A stretch of 64,000 bases of DNA from positions 2,080,001 to 2,144,000 of the forward strand of contig CAVUDW010000002.1 of NCBI GenBank assembly GCA_963740355.1. Direction: 5' to 3'. The position numbers and the translations under genes were made by a program. The notes under the pieces were generated by a model. That model was not told where the DNA came from. It did not search any database and saw only the letters and a program-made list of their open reading frames with translations. The stretch comes from an uncultured Gemmatimonadaceae bacterium (GTDB lineage: Bacteria; Gemmatimonadota; Gemmatimonadetes; Gemmatimonadales; Gemmatimonadaceae). This document shows, piece by piece, positions 38,509 through 48,861 of this stretch; position 1 is the stretch's first letter; every line of letters starts with the position of its first letter.

Positions 38509-39083
38509 GCCTGCGCCGTGGTTTCACGCTGGTCGAGATGATGATTGCGCTGCTGATCGGTAGCGTCGTCGTGCTGCTGGCGTACTCCACGCTTCGCGCC
38601 GGATTGGACGTGCAGGCGCGCGTGACCTCGGCACGCGAGGCGGATGAGACGTCCACCGAGATGCGTGCCATGCTCACCGACGCGCTGCGCCACGCGATCA
38701 CGGCCGACGCGCGCGACGCACGCGGGCTGCACACCGACAGCGATCCATCCGGGCGCGTCTCGCGGTTGGCCTTCGTATCCCGCGGCGTGACCGCGCCGCT
38801 CGGTGGCACGGCGCCATGGGCCGTCGGGCTCTCGTCCGACACGGCCGGCCTCACGCTGGCTGCGACGCCCCTCGATTCGAATCGAACGCCCCTCCGATTC
38901 AGCACGCACCACACCCGCACATTCGCCGTACGATTTCTCGCCCGCGATGATGCCGACTGGCGTGATGACTGGAATGATCCGACGCGGCTTCCGGTTGCCG
39001 TCGAAGTGCGATTCATGGATGGCGCTGGCAAGGAATCAATGCCGACGCTCGTCGCACGCACTGCTCCGGTGAGCGGCCTGTGA
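38505..39083 (+). CDS. gspJ: T2SS minor pseudopilin GspJ-like
   Basis: RRG|FTLVEMMIALLIG; C-terminal WRDDW...LPVAVEV; ATGA overlap. Confidence 0.75.
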   Translation: MSLRRGFTLVEMMIALLIGSVVVLLAYSTLRAGLDVQARVTSAREADETSTEMRAMLTDALRHAITADARDARGLHTDSDPSGRVSRLAFVSRGVTAPLGGTAPWAVGLSSDTAGLTLAATPLDSNRTPLRFSTHHTRTFAVRFLARDDADWRDDWNDPTRLPVAVEVRFMDGAGKESMPTLVARTAPVSGL

Positions 39084-39838
39084 CCATCAGGCCTACCGCC
39101 CGCCGCGGCGTGGCGCTGATTCTCGTCCTCTGGATCATCGTGATCCTCGGTGGCGTCGCTGCCGCGGTCACCGCCGGTTCGCGCACCACGGGTGACATCA
39201 CGGCTAACGCCCGCGCCCGCACGATCGCACGGTATGCCGCCGAGAGTGGCATCGTCGCCGCGGTGGCCTCCATGCAGCAGCGCATGGATTCCGCCGGTGA
39301 TGATATCGCGAAGCGCAGGCTGGTACTCAACGATGCCGAGCACGCGCTGGGAGCCGCGGCGAGTTTCGTCATGGGCGACGCCCGCGTGCAGGTCGTGATG
39401 ACGGATGTGAGCGCCCGCATCGACGTCAACTCGGCGCCGGAAGAAGCGCTCTCGGCACTCTTCGCTCGCGCGGGGCATGCGTCGGATGCCGCGACGGCCG
39501 CACGTTCCATTCGCCGATATATCGATGCGACGTCGGGACAAGCAAAACTCTTTCAGTCGCTCGACGACGTTGCGGCCATCCCAGGTGTGGGTGGTGACAT
39601 CATTGGCGACGCAGCGGCGTGGCTGACGGTGGACGGCGATGGCCAGGTCAATCGTGTCACCGCTCCGCCGGTCGTGCTTGGAGTGGCCCGCGGTAGTCTC
39701 ATCGACGAACCATCGCGGGTGCTGTTCATCGCACGCGGGTGGCAGGACGGTCACCCGCTGACGCATGAAGTGCAGGCGGTGTATGCGGTGCAGGGCAATC
39801 AGCTGGCGTTCGTGCGCTGGCGGGAGCGCGACCTGTGA
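39080..39838 (+). CDS. gspK: T2SS minor pseudopilin GspK (short)
   Basis: RRG|VALILVLW, AAESG, DVSARIDVN. Confidence 0.8.
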   Translation: MTIRPTARRGVALILVLWIIVILGGVAAAVTAGSRTTGDITANARARTIARYAAESGIVAAVASMQQRMDSAGDDIAKRRLVLNDAEHALGAAASFVMGDARVQVVMTDVSARIDVNSAPEEALSALFARAGHASDAATAARSIRRYIDATSGQAKLFQSLDDVAAIPGVGGDIIGDAAAWLTVDGDGQVNRVTAPPVVLGVARGSLIDEPSRVLFIARGWQDGHPLTHEVQAVYAVQGNQLAFVRWRERDL

Positions 39839-40989
39839 GCGGCCTCGTCGGAGTGGAGATTGGCGCGGAGCGAGTGCGGGCTGTCGTGCGCTCGCGTACC
39901 GGCACCCTGCGCACGTACGAGATGCCGTTCCTGCGTGATCGCCTCAGTGACATGGTGACACAGTTGTCACTGGCAGCCGGTGATGTCCGTGGAATCGGGC
40001 TCGCGATCGGGCTTGCGCACCTGCATGTGAAGCAGGTCAAGCTGCCACCGGTGGCGCACGGCGCGCGACGCCAGATGCTGGCCGTCGAGCCGGAGCGTTT
40101 CTTCGCGGTGCCGCAGGGCTCCCAGACGGCTGTGGCACTGACGGCGGAAGGCGACATCGCGCTCGGCGCCGATGGTGCGTTCGTCGATGCGCTGGTGAAG
40201 GCGTTCTCCACCTGGAGCGACGTCCGGCGCGTGGAAGCCGCACCGATGGCGCTCGCGCGCGCGTTGAAGGCCGCTGGCACCGGTGCTGCCATCGCTGCGT
40301 TGGACGCTGGCGCGACCGAAGTGGGCTCGATTGAAACGAAGAATGGCGTGTTGTGCAGCGTCCGCCGCGCGCGCGCCAATGACCTCGCCGCGTCGCCGGT
40401 GTCGCCGCCGCTGGCGAAGGATCTCGATGCCGAGTTCAACGTCGCCCTCGGTGCCGCGATCGGCTTCGATGGCGAGATCAGCACCATGCTGCTCACCCCC
40501 GCGCTCGAGCGGGCCTTCGTCGGAGCGCAGCGGCGTCGGTTGACCGTGTGGACGAGTGCGGCCTTGGTTGCCGCATGCGCGGCGGTGATGGCCGCTGGCA
40601 TCTCACGTGATCGCCTGCTGAATGCGATCGAGTCGGAATTGGATGCCGCGCGCAAGACGTCACGCACTGGCGCGACGCTCGCGTTGCAGGCGATGGCCAT
40701 CGATCGCGAACTGGCTGCGATCAGCACCACCACTGCATCGCGCGCTGACGTCGTGGCGGCGATGGCTGCACTCGGCGCACGACTGCCGGTGGACGCGGTG
40801 GCACAACGTGTGCGCGTGGTGGGCAAGGACTGGCAAGTGGAAGGCAATGCGAAGACCGCATCCGCGGTGCTTGCCGCCCTGGCAGCAGAGCCACAATTCG
40901 AGAAGGTGCGATTCCTCGCGCCGAGTAACCGGTTCCGTGATGGAGCCATCGATCGAGAGACCTTTGCCATCGCATTCGCACTCCGCTGA
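39835..40989 (+). CDS. gspL: T2SS GspL/PilM-PilN-like assembly protein
   Basis: VGVEIG actin-like start, single TM, C-terminal PilN-like ferredoxin region; position in operon. Confidence 0.65.
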   Translation: MSGLVGVEIGAERVRAVVRSRTGTLRTYEMPFLRDRLSDMVTQLSLAAGDVRGIGLAIGLAHLHVKQVKLPPVAHGARRQMLAVEPERFFAVPQGSQTAVALTAEGDIALGADGAFVDALVKAFSTWSDVRRVEAAPMALARALKAAGTGAAIAALDAGATEVGSIETKNGVLCSVRRARANDLAASPVSPPLAKDLDAEFNVALGAAIGFDGEISTMLLTPALERAFVGAQRRRLTVWTSAALVAACAAVMAAGISRDRLLNAIESELDAARKTSRTGATLALQAMAIDRELAAISTTTASRADVVAAMAALGARLPVDAVAQRVRVVGKDWQVEGNAKTASAVLAALAAEPQFEKVRFLAPSNRFRDGAIDRETFAIAFALR

Positions 40990-41554
40990 CGGCCTGTCGG
41001 CCCGTGATCGCCGCACCCTTGGTTGGGGTGCGGTGGCCGTGGCCTGCGTGTTGTTGATGTCAGCGGCGATCCCGGTGGCGCGCCAATGGATCGATCGCGA
41101 AGCGCTGATTACCGCGCGCCGCGGCGAACTGGCGCGACTGCACGGCGTGAAGGGCGCCGAGTCCATGTTGCGCACGGCGCTCGACACCCGTACTGCCCGC
41201 GCCGCCGAATATCCGCAACGCCCCGTAAGTGCCGCGACTGCCGCATTGGCGGCGGGCGTGCTGCAGGGTGTGCTGCAGCGGTACGCCGACGAGAGCCAAC
41301 TCAGCGTCAGCGAATTGAATGTGTCTGGTGAGCCGGATTCGACCGCGGTTCCACTGGCCGCCCTTCCTGCGACGCTGATCGCACTCGGCGATGTGTACGG
41401 TGTGGCCGACCTGCTCTCGCGTGTGCAGAACGGCAACACCCTGCTCGATGTGCGTGAGCTGACGGTGCAGGTCAATCCGTCGCGCCGTGCCGATGGTGGT
41501 GGTGAACTGCTGCAGGTCACGCTGGTCGTCCGCGCACCATTCGTGATCGAATGA
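40964..41554 (+). CDS. gspM: T2SS GspM-like protein
   Basis: LSARDRRTL plus N-terminal TM, coiled coil, ferredoxin-like C-terminus; start uncertain (40940 or 40964). Confidence 0.65.
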   Translation: MPSHSHSADGLSARDRRTLGWGAVAVACVLLMSAAIPVARQWIDREALITARRGELARLHGVKGAESMLRTALDTRTARAAEYPQRPVSAATAALAAGVLQGVLQRYADESQLSVSELNVSGEPDSTAVPLAALPATLIALGDVYGVADLLSRVQNGNTLLDVRELTVQVNPSRRADGGGELLQVTLVVRAPFVIE

Positions 41555-42102
41555 GCACGCCGCGTCGAGTGGTCCCCATGCTGCAAGTATTCACGGTCGT
41601 GGCCTTCGGGCTGGCGGCGGCGCTGTTGGTGTGGCCGCCCAACACCACGGTCGCTCCAATTGCACCGACGCTTCCGGCGCTGGCGGCCGCTGCGCCCGAG
41701 ATACCGTCTTCGTCGACGGCGCTCACCGACAGCATCGTCGATGGCAACATCTTCTCGCTCACTCGCGAGGCGCCGGTCGCACGCACCTTCGCTGCGGCAC
41801 CGGTCGACCCGACCGATGTCGGGCCGGCTTCCGGCGTCACCAGCGCCGACGGTGGCGTGGGCGATTCACTCGCCTCGTCCGACGCCGATCCGGTGCCGTC
41901 GCTGTATGGCGTCGTGAACGGTCCCCTGGGCCCTGCCGCCCTCCTGCGACTCGATAACGCGCGCCGCGGCTCTCGTCTCTTTCATCTCGGCGAAGGCAGT
42001 GGTGGATACAAGGTCCGCAGCATCGGCAAGGACAATGTCGAGCTGGATGGACCGTCCGGCGCTGTCGTTCTCACACTCACGAGCCACGGTGTCACACCAT
42101 GA
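41551..42102 (+). CDS. membrane-anchored protein, possible GspC-like component
   Basis: N-terminal TM, NIF motif, LYGVVNG...AALL...LGEGSGGYKVRSI resembling the GspC HR domain; directly precedes the secretin. Confidence 0.55.
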   Translation: MSTPRRVVPMLQVFTVVAFGLAAALLVWPPNTTVAPIAPTLPALAAAAPEIPSSSTALTDSIVDGNIFSLTREAPVARTFAAAPVDPTDVGPASGVTSADGGVGDSLASSDADPVPSLYGVVNGPLGPAALLRLDNARRGSRLFHLGEGSGGYKVRSIGKDNVELDGPSGAVVLTLTSHGVTP

Positions 42103-43886
42103 TGCGTCGTAATACAGCGCTGATCGCGCTTCTCGGCGCGCTCGGCGGCGCACTCTGCGCTCCCGCATCGGGGAAGGCGCAGGCGCCCGTCCGAACGCCG
42201 ACCAACACGCTCCGATTCGCCAATGCCCACCTCGAGGATGTGATCGTGGCGATGGGGCAGATGATCGGCCTCACCATCGTGGCCACCGATGTGCCCGACA
42301 AGCGAGTCACGCTCAATACCGCGAATCCCGTTCGTACGGCAGAATTGGGCGCCATCCTCGAGTCGTTGCTGGAGTCGCACGGCCTGGTGATGGTTCGCAA
42401 CGGGTCCGTCGCGCAGGTCGTGCCGGCGACACAGACGCCTGCCGGCAGCCAGCTGGGTGTTGGCTTCGACATGCCGGAGCCGATTCCTGTCGGCGTGATC
42501 TCGCGCCTCGTGCCACTCCAGCACATTCGCGCCGAGGAAGGTGTCTCTGCGCTGCGACCGATCGCCGGGCCGAATGCACGCATCGAGGCGATCTCGCGGT
42601 CGAACACGATCCTGATCACCGATCGCGGTACGAACATCGTACGCTACCTCGACCTGCTCAAGCGACTCGACCTCGCCACGCAGGGCGAGGATGGCCTTCG
42701 CACATACGTGGTGAAGCTGAAGTACGCGTCGTCGGACGACCTGGCCGGTGTGCTCGGGCAGCTGTACGGTGCCACCGTGGCCGGACCACGACGCTCGCTC
42801 GACGATCAGGCGCTCTCGCGCAGCACGACCGCGTTCCGCGAACGCGAGTCGGAAACCATGCGCCAGCGCCGCGATCTGCAGCCGCAGGCGACCGCGCCGT
42901 CACCGACGTACCGCGACTCCTCGCGTGGCCCGGGTTCTCTCGTCGGCCAGACGATCGTGGTGTCCAGCCCACCAAGCAACTCGCTCGTGATCCGCACCGC
43001 GCCGTCCAACATCGCGCTCCTGCGCGAGACCATCGACTCACTCGACCGTCGTCCAGTGCAGGTGCTGATGGAGGTCACGGTTGCGGAGGTGATCCTCGGT
43101 CGTGGCACCGAATTCGGCATCAATTGGGCCGCCGCCACCGGCGGCATCAACAACAATCGCGGCGCACAGTTCGGCCAGCCGATCGTGCCGGACTCCCTCG
43201 ACCCGATCCAGGACTTCGTGGGACGAGTCACGCGTCTCGGCAAGGTGGACGTCCGTGCAGTGCTCCGGACCCTCGCGTCGTCGTCCACCGTGAAGGTGCT
43301 CAGCACGCCGGAAGTGCTGGCGGTCAACAATCGCGAAGCGCGAATCCTCGTCGGCAGCAAGGTGCCATTCATTGCCTCGACGCGTCTCGGTAACGATGTC
43401 GCCATCGATCGTGCTGTGCAGTATCAGGACGTCGGGACGCAGCTCACGCTGATTCCCACCATCAACGACGACGGCTACGTCAGCGTGCAGCTGCTGCAAG
43501 AAGTGAGCAGCCTCTCCAACCAGACCGTGCAGGCTGCCCTCAACGCGCCGGTCATCACGACCCGCGAGGCTTCTACCCGCGCCATCGTGCGCGATGGACA
43601 GACGGTCGTGATCGGCGGACTGATTGGCACATCGACGGAGCTGATCAACAGCGGCGTCCCGCTGCTGAAGGACATTCCGTTGCTTGGCTACCTGTTCAAG
43701 CGACAGACGACCTCCAAGGCACGCACCGAACTGGCGATCTTCATCACGCCGTACATCGTGCGAACCGATGCTGAAGCGGATGCGCTCTACCAGCGCGCTC
43801 GCGAGCGGACGCGTGATCCGGAGCCCGGCGATGCACGCACGCTGAGCCGTCCGGCCACACCACCACCGGCGCGGAAGAAGCCGTGA
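42099..43886 (+). CDS. gspD: T2SS secretin GspD
   Basis: N-domains, QVLMEVTVAEV, VLSTPEV, DGQTVVIGGL, GVPLLKDIPLLGYLF, TELAIFITP. Confidence 0.93.
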   Translation: MMRRNTALIALLGALGGALCAPASGKAQAPVRTPTNTLRFANAHLEDVIVAMGQMIGLTIVATDVPDKRVTLNTANPVRTAELGAILESLLESHGLVMVRNGSVAQVVPATQTPAGSQLGVGFDMPEPIPVGVISRLVPLQHIRAEEGVSALRPIAGPNARIEAISRSNTILITDRGTNIVRYLDLLKRLDLATQGEDGLRTYVVKLKYASSDDLAGVLGQLYGATVAGPRRSLDDQALSRSTTAFRERESETMRQRRDLQPQATAPSPTYRDSSRGPGSLVGQTIVVSSPPSNSLVIRTAPSNIALLRETIDSLDRRPVQVLMEVTVAEVILGRGTEFGINWAAATGGINNNRGAQFGQPIVPDSLDPIQDFVGRVTRLGKVDVRAVLRTLASSSTVKVLSTPEVLAVNNREARILVGSKVPFIASTRLGNDVAIDRAVQYQDVGTQLTLIPTINDDGYVSVQLLQEVSSLSNQTVQAALNAPVITTREASTRAIVRDGQTVVIGGLIGTSTELINSGVPLLKDIPLLGYLFKRQTTSKARTELAIFITPYIVRTDAEADALYQRARERTRDPEPGDARTLSRPATPPPARKKP

Positions 43887-45394
43887 CGATCGTGCACGAC
43901 GAGGCACCACCACCAGCGAAGGACCTGCGCGATGCCGCAACCGGTGTGCTTGCACGCCGGTTATCGCCACGCTACCTGGAGGAGCACAGCCTGCTCCCGC
44001 TCGGCGTCGACGAGGATGGTGCCCTGGTACTGGCCGTTGGTGACACGCCGGATTCGACGGTGCTGGATGAACTCGGCCGACTCTTCGAGCGGTCGATCCG
44101 TCTTGTGTCGCATCCGATCGGCGAAATTCAGGCGGCATTGCTGACGGCAGAACGCGAGGCGCCATCCGATGACGCCACGTCGCTGTCGACCGTGGAGGGC
44201 GACGATGAACCGCTCGATGACCTGCGCGCGCTGGCGGAACAGGAACCGGTCATCCGGCTCGTCAATGTCACGCTGCTCGACGCCCTGCGCGCTGGCGCCA
44301 GTGATGTCCACTTCGAACCGTTGTCGGGCGAGCTGCGCATCCGCTATCGACTCGATGGTGTGTTGCGTGAGATGACTCGTGTCGGACGTCAGTACCAGGC
44401 CGCCGTGGTGAGCCGGATCAAGATCATGGCGGGCCTCGACATCGCCGAGCGACGCAAGCCGCAGGACGGCCGCATCCGGATTCGGTTGGCTGGTCGGGAA
44501 GTCGACCTCCGTGTGTCCACACTCCCGGGTCTGCATGGCGAAGGGATCGTGCTGCGATTGCTCGATCCCGGCGAGACGACGCCAGAGTTGACGGCGCTCG
44601 GCATGCCTGATGGCGTGCGCGTACAAGTCGAGAGCCTGATTGCACGCACCGGTGGCCTGATGCTCGTCACGGGACCGACCGGTTCCGGGAAGACGACCAC
44701 GTTGTACGCGGCACTCGCACGGCTCAACACACAGGCGGTGAAGATCGTCACCGTCGAGGATCCGATCGAATACCGGATCGATGGCGTGACGCAGGTGCCG
44801 GTGAACGTGCGTGCCGGGATGAGTTTCCCGGCGGCGCTGCGCTCGATCCTGCGCCACGATCCCGACATCATCATGGTGGGCGAATTGCGCGATGCCGAGA
44901 CGGCGACGATCGCGATTCAGGCGGCGCTGACGGGGCACCTCGTGCTCAGCACGCTCCACACCACGGATGCCGTCGGTGCGGTGACCCGATTGGTGGACAT
45001 GGGTGTCGAGCCGTATCTCGTGGCCGCGACCCTGCAGGGTGCGCTCGCGCAGCGTCTGGTGCGCGTGTTGTGTGAGGCGTGCGCCACGCCTCGCGACGTC
45101 ACCACACTGGAGCGGATGCGCTGGGGCAGCATGGCAGCACATCCACGTTCGGCGAATGGATGCGAGCAGTGCGCTGGAACCGGGTATCGCGGGCGTCGCG
45201 GCATCTACGAGCTGTTCGTACCGGATGAAATGATGCGCACCGACATCGTCGCCGGTGTGTCGCCCGACACGATGCGGACGCGTGCGGCGGCCAACGGTAC
45301 CGTGGCGCTGCGCGAGGAAGGCTGGCGACTGGTGCGCGAGGGGATCACCACGCCCGAAGAACTGGCCCGTGCCATCGGTGAGGTGGATGCATGA
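43883..45394 (+). CDS. gspE: T2SS ATPase GspE
   Basis: ASDVHFEP, GPTGSGKTTT, LRHDPDIIMVGE, TGHLVLSTLH, CxxC...CxxC. Confidence 0.95.
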   Translation: MTIVHDEAPPPAKDLRDAATGVLARRLSPRYLEEHSLLPLGVDEDGALVLAVGDTPDSTVLDELGRLFERSIRLVSHPIGEIQAALLTAEREAPSDDATSLSTVEGDDEPLDDLRALAEQEPVIRLVNVTLLDALRAGASDVHFEPLSGELRIRYRLDGVLREMTRVGRQYQAAVVSRIKIMAGLDIAERRKPQDGRIRIRLAGREVDLRVSTLPGLHGEGIVLRLLDPGETTPELTALGMPDGVRVQVESLIARTGGLMLVTGPTGSGKTTTLYAALARLNTQAVKIVTVEDPIEYRIDGVTQVPVNVRAGMSFPAALRSILRHDPDIIMVGELRDAETATIAIQAALTGHLVLSTLHTTDAVGAVTRLVDMGVEPYLVAATLQGALAQRLVRVLCEACATPRDVTTLERMRWGSMAAHPRSANGCEQCAGTGYRGRRGIYELFVPDEMMRTDIVAGVSPDTMRTRAAANGTVALREEGWRLVREGITTPEELARAIGEVDA

Positions 45395-46623
45395 CTGCCA
45401 CCGCAGCGCTGCCGGAGGCAGCAACGTCGTTTCGCTATCGTGCCTCGACCGACACGGGTTCGATGGTCGACGGCGTCTTGCGTGCCGCCACGCGCGACGC
45501 GGCCCTCCGCGAACTGCGTCGCCAGCAGTTGTGGCCAGTCACGGTGGAACCGGTTGCGGCGCGTGCGGCATCGACCTTCCGGCTGCCTGGTGGAGCGTCG
45601 TCGCGTCGGCGCGCTGTGTCGCACTGGACTCGAACCCTTGCGACGCTGCTCGATGCCGGTGCGCCGCTCGACCGTGCGCTCGCCGTCGCGCACGGGCAGT
45701 GCACGCAGCCGGATGTCGCAGAAGGCGCGCAGGCCATCCGCAAGGCGGTGCAGGGTGGCGCGTCGCTGGCCGAAGCGATGCGGCTGCAACCGCTGCTATT
45801 CAATTCGCTCCACACCGGCGTGGTGCGTTCCGGAGAGGCGGCAGGCTCGCTCGACAAGGCGCTCGACACTCTGGCCGGATATCTCGAGGAAGATGAATCG
45901 CTTCGTGCACAGCTGACATCCGCGCTGATCTATCCGGCGCTGATGGCCAGTGTTGCGTCGCTTGGCATTCTCGTGCTGCTGCTGTTCGTCGTGCCCCGTT
46001 TTGCCACGCTGCTGGCAGACCTCGGCGGCACCATGCCGATGTCGACGCGCATCCTCGTGTTCGTGGGCGAGGTGGTGACGAGAGGCTGGTGGGTGCTGGC
46101 GCTGGCGGGCGCCGCGGTCGTCGTTGGTGCGCGCGCCGTTCTCGCGTCGCCCGATGCGACACTGGCCTGGCACACCAAGCGGCTCACCTTGCCCATCACC
46201 GGCTCGATTGAGCGGACGCTTGCCACGGCACGCTTCTGCCGGGCGCTTGGATTGATGCTGCAGGGCGGATTGCCGCTGCTGCCAGCGCTCCGCCTGGCGC
46301 GTACCGGCGTCACCAATCGTGCCATGTCCGCCGAGTTGGATCGTGCAACGCAGAACGTCATGCGAGGCAACGGTCTGGCATCGTCATTGCTGGGAATTCT
46401 GTCGCCGATGGCGGTGCAGTTGCTGGCCGTTGGTGAGGAGAGTGGACGTCTCGATGCCCTGGCGCTGCGGGCTGCCGCGTCGCACGACGAAGAGGTTCGT
46501 CGTCGCCTGCGGACGCTCGCCTCGCTGCTCGAGCCTGCGCTCATCCTCGTTTTTGGTGCGGTGGTCGGTTTCGTCGCACTTGCCATGCTCCAGGCGATCT
46601 ACGCCGTCAACGCGGGAATGTGA
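45391..46623 (+). CDS. gspF: T2SS inner membrane platform protein GspF
   Basis: GEAAGSLD, ALIYP, GEESGRLD, LLEP; two T2SSF repeats. Confidence 0.93.
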   Translation: MTATAALPEAATSFRYRASTDTGSMVDGVLRAATRDAALRELRRQQLWPVTVEPVAARAASTFRLPGGASSRRRAVSHWTRTLATLLDAGAPLDRALAVAHGQCTQPDVAEGAQAIRKAVQGGASLAEAMRLQPLLFNSLHTGVVRSGEAAGSLDKALDTLAGYLEEDESLRAQLTSALIYPALMASVASLGILVLLLFVVPRFATLLADLGGTMPMSTRILVFVGEVVTRGWWVLALAGAAVVVGARAVLASPDATLAWHTKRLTLPITGSIERTLATARFCRALGLMLQGGLPLLPALRLARTGVTNRAMSAELDRATQNVMRGNGLASSLLGILSPMAVQLLAVGEESGRLDALALRAAASHDEEVRRRLRTLASLLEPALILVFGAVVGFVALAMLQAIYAVNAGM

Positions 46624-47081
46624 TGCGATCTGTTCGAATGCGGGCGATCCGGTCGGGCTTCACCTTGCTCGAGATGCTGGTGGTGCTGGTCGTGCTCGGC
46701 CTGTTGGCTGGCCTGATCGGACCGCAGCTCTTCGGGCGAGTCGGTGAAGCGAAGGCCACCACGGCCAAGACGCAGATGGAGCTTCTCGGCGTGGCACTCG
46801 ACAGCTACCGGCTCGACAACGGGAATTACCCCGTCACGGCACAGGGGCTGGAAGCGCTCTCCAACCGGCCAAGCCGTCAGCCAGCGCCGATGAACTGGCG
46901 CGGTCCCTATCTGCGGAAGGCAGTTCCCCTCGATCCCTGGGGCCGGCCCTATCTGTACCTGGCGCCCTCACGGGGCGGCGAGGGCTACGAACTCCGGTCG
47001 CTTGGACGCGACGGTGTCGAGGGCGGTGCGGGGGAAGACGCTGACCTTGGCGGGCCGCCAGTGGGGCCAAAGGGGAAATAG
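46623..47081 (+). CDS. gspG: T2SS major pseudopilin GspG
   Basis: SG|FTLLEMLVV, ALDSYRLDNGNYP, WRGPYL, DPWGRPY, SLGRDG. Confidence 0.95.
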   Translation: MRSVRMRAIRSGFTLLEMLVVLVVLGLLAGLIGPQLFGRVGEAKATTAKTQMELLGVALDSYRLDNGNYPVTAQGLEALSNRPSRQPAPMNWRGPYLRKAVPLDPWGRPYLYLAPSRGGEGYELRSLGRDGVEGGAGEDADLGGPPVGPKGK

Positions 47082-47237
47082 CCGGCCCCTTCATGAATCG
47101 GTGGTAAGAATCTTGCACCGAGCTCATCCAGTGTGACTTCTGCTGAGTTCGCTCGTACTAGGCTCACGGACAGTCAGCCGATCGCGTCAGCGCGCGCGCT
47201 ACCGAAGCGTGCCGCGCACAAAACGACTGGAGGATGG

Positions 47238-48827
47238 ATGGGAGTGACTCTCGAGCACGACGAAGTGCACGGGGCCAATCAGGTGCGCGCAGGAGCAGGG
47301 ACGTCCGCAGAACCCACGGTGTCGTCACGGCGGAAATTCTTCGTGACGGCGGCGGCCGCAGCCATGGTGCTGGGCACCAAGGAGGCAAAGGCGCAGGTTG
47401 TGCGCCGCGCCAAGCGCAAGCTGCCACAACCAGTGAAGGGAGTGTCGCTGGCGCTGGCCAGCGCCGCTGCGCCACCGGATGCACAACTCGCCGTCTGGCG
47501 CGATCCCGTCGGGCGCCTCGTGCGTCGCGTGACGCTCGGCATCACGAAGGATGAACTCGAGCGCGCGCAGAAGCTCGGCTTCAGCAAGTATCTCGAGGAG
47601 CAGCTGAAGCCGTCCGTGATCGATGATCGCGCGGTGGCTGCGTTCGTGAGCACGAACTACACCACGCTGCGCATGACGCCGGAAGAGCTCTACGGCGCCG
47701 ACCAAGGCAAGGTCATCAACGAGATCCAGGAGGCCACGATCTATCGTGCCGCCTTCTCGAAGCGCCAGCTGTACGAACGCATGGTCGAATTCTGGACCGA
47801 CCATTTCAGCATGGATCGCGACAAGGTGGGGTACCTCAAGACCACCGACGATCGTGACGTCGTGCGCCGGCATGCCCTCGGCAAGTTCCCCGAGATGCTG
47901 AAGGCCAGCGCGCACAGTGCCTCGATGATGACGTACCTCGACCAGCCCTCGAGCCGGCGTGGGAACATCAACGAGAACTACGCTCGCGAAATCATGGAGC
48001 TGCATTCGCTCGGCGTGGACGGCGGATACACCCAGCAGGATGTGAACGAGCTGGCCCGCGTGCTCACCGGGTGGACCGTGAGTGGTCGAGGCATCTTCAC
48101 CTACGATGCGCAGATCCACGACTTCGGCCCGAAGCGCGTGCTCGGTGTCACCATTCCCGCGACGGCGGCCGGGAAGGGACTCTCCGGCAAGGCAGAAGCC
48201 GATGCCGTGATCGACCGGCTGGCGCTGCATCCGAAGACGGCACTTTTCATCGCCGGCAAGCTGACCAGGTTCCTGCTCCAGTACGACCCCACCGACGCAC
48301 TCGTCCAGAGTGTCGCGGCGGAGTACACGAAGACGCGTGGCGACATCCCGTCGATGATCCGTGTGATCCTCACGGAAGCGAACGTCATGAACGCGCCAGC
48401 GAAGTACAAGCGGCCGTTCCACTGGGGCGTGTCGGCAATTCGTGCGCTGGGACCGACGGTGACGAACGTGTCGGTCGTGCGCGGCCTGCTCGACAACATG
48501 GGTCAGTCGTTGTTCAACTGGGAGACGCCAGACGGCTATCCAGACAAGATGGAGTTCTGGTCCGGCCTCGTCCTGGCGCGCTGGAATGCGGCGACGTCGA
48601 TCGTGGCGCAGACAGGCGCTGCCTTCAACTTCGATGTCACACCGTTCGTTGGTACGTCGGCGGAAACCGGGGCCGACCTGATCATCGCCCGACTCTTCGG
48701 CGGTGAAGTCCCGGAATCGTACCGCACACGGCTCGCCAACTACCTGCGCACCTCACCGACCAACACGGCGCGTGTCCGTGAAGCCGTCGGCCTTGCGCTC
48801 TCCTCCTCGCAGTTCCAGTGGTATTGA
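47238..48827 (+). CDS. DUF1800 family protein with twin-arginine signal
   Basis: SRRKFF; QLYERMVEFWTDHF, NENYAREIMELHSLG, YTQQDV, LTGW; GGAGG RBS. Confidence 0.9.
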   Translation: MGVTLEHDEVHGANQVRAGAGTSAEPTVSSRRKFFVTAAAAAMVLGTKEAKAQVVRRAKRKLPQPVKGVSLALASAAAPPDAQLAVWRDPVGRLVRRVTLGITKDELERAQKLGFSKYLEEQLKPSVIDDRAVAAFVSTNYTTLRMTPEELYGADQGKVINEIQEATIYRAAFSKRQLYERMVEFWTDHFSMDRDKVGYLKTTDDRDVVRRHALGKFPEMLKASAHSASMMTYLDQPSSRRGNINENYAREIMELHSLGVDGGYTQQDVNELARVLTGWTVSGRGIFTYDAQIHDFGPKRVLGVTIPATAAGKGLSGKAEADAVIDRLALHPKTALFIAGKLTRFLLQYDPTDALVQSVAAEYTKTRGDIPSMIRVILTEANVMNAPAKYKRPFHWGVSAIRALGPTVTNVSVVRGLLDNMGQSLFNWETPDGYPDKMEFWSGLVLARWNAATSIVAQTGAAFNFDVTPFVGTSAETGADLIIARLFGGEVPESYRTRLANYLRTSPTNTARVREAVGLALSSSQFQWY

Positions 48828-48861
48828 CGGGCGACGATGCCCTCGATCTCTGAGGTTTCTG

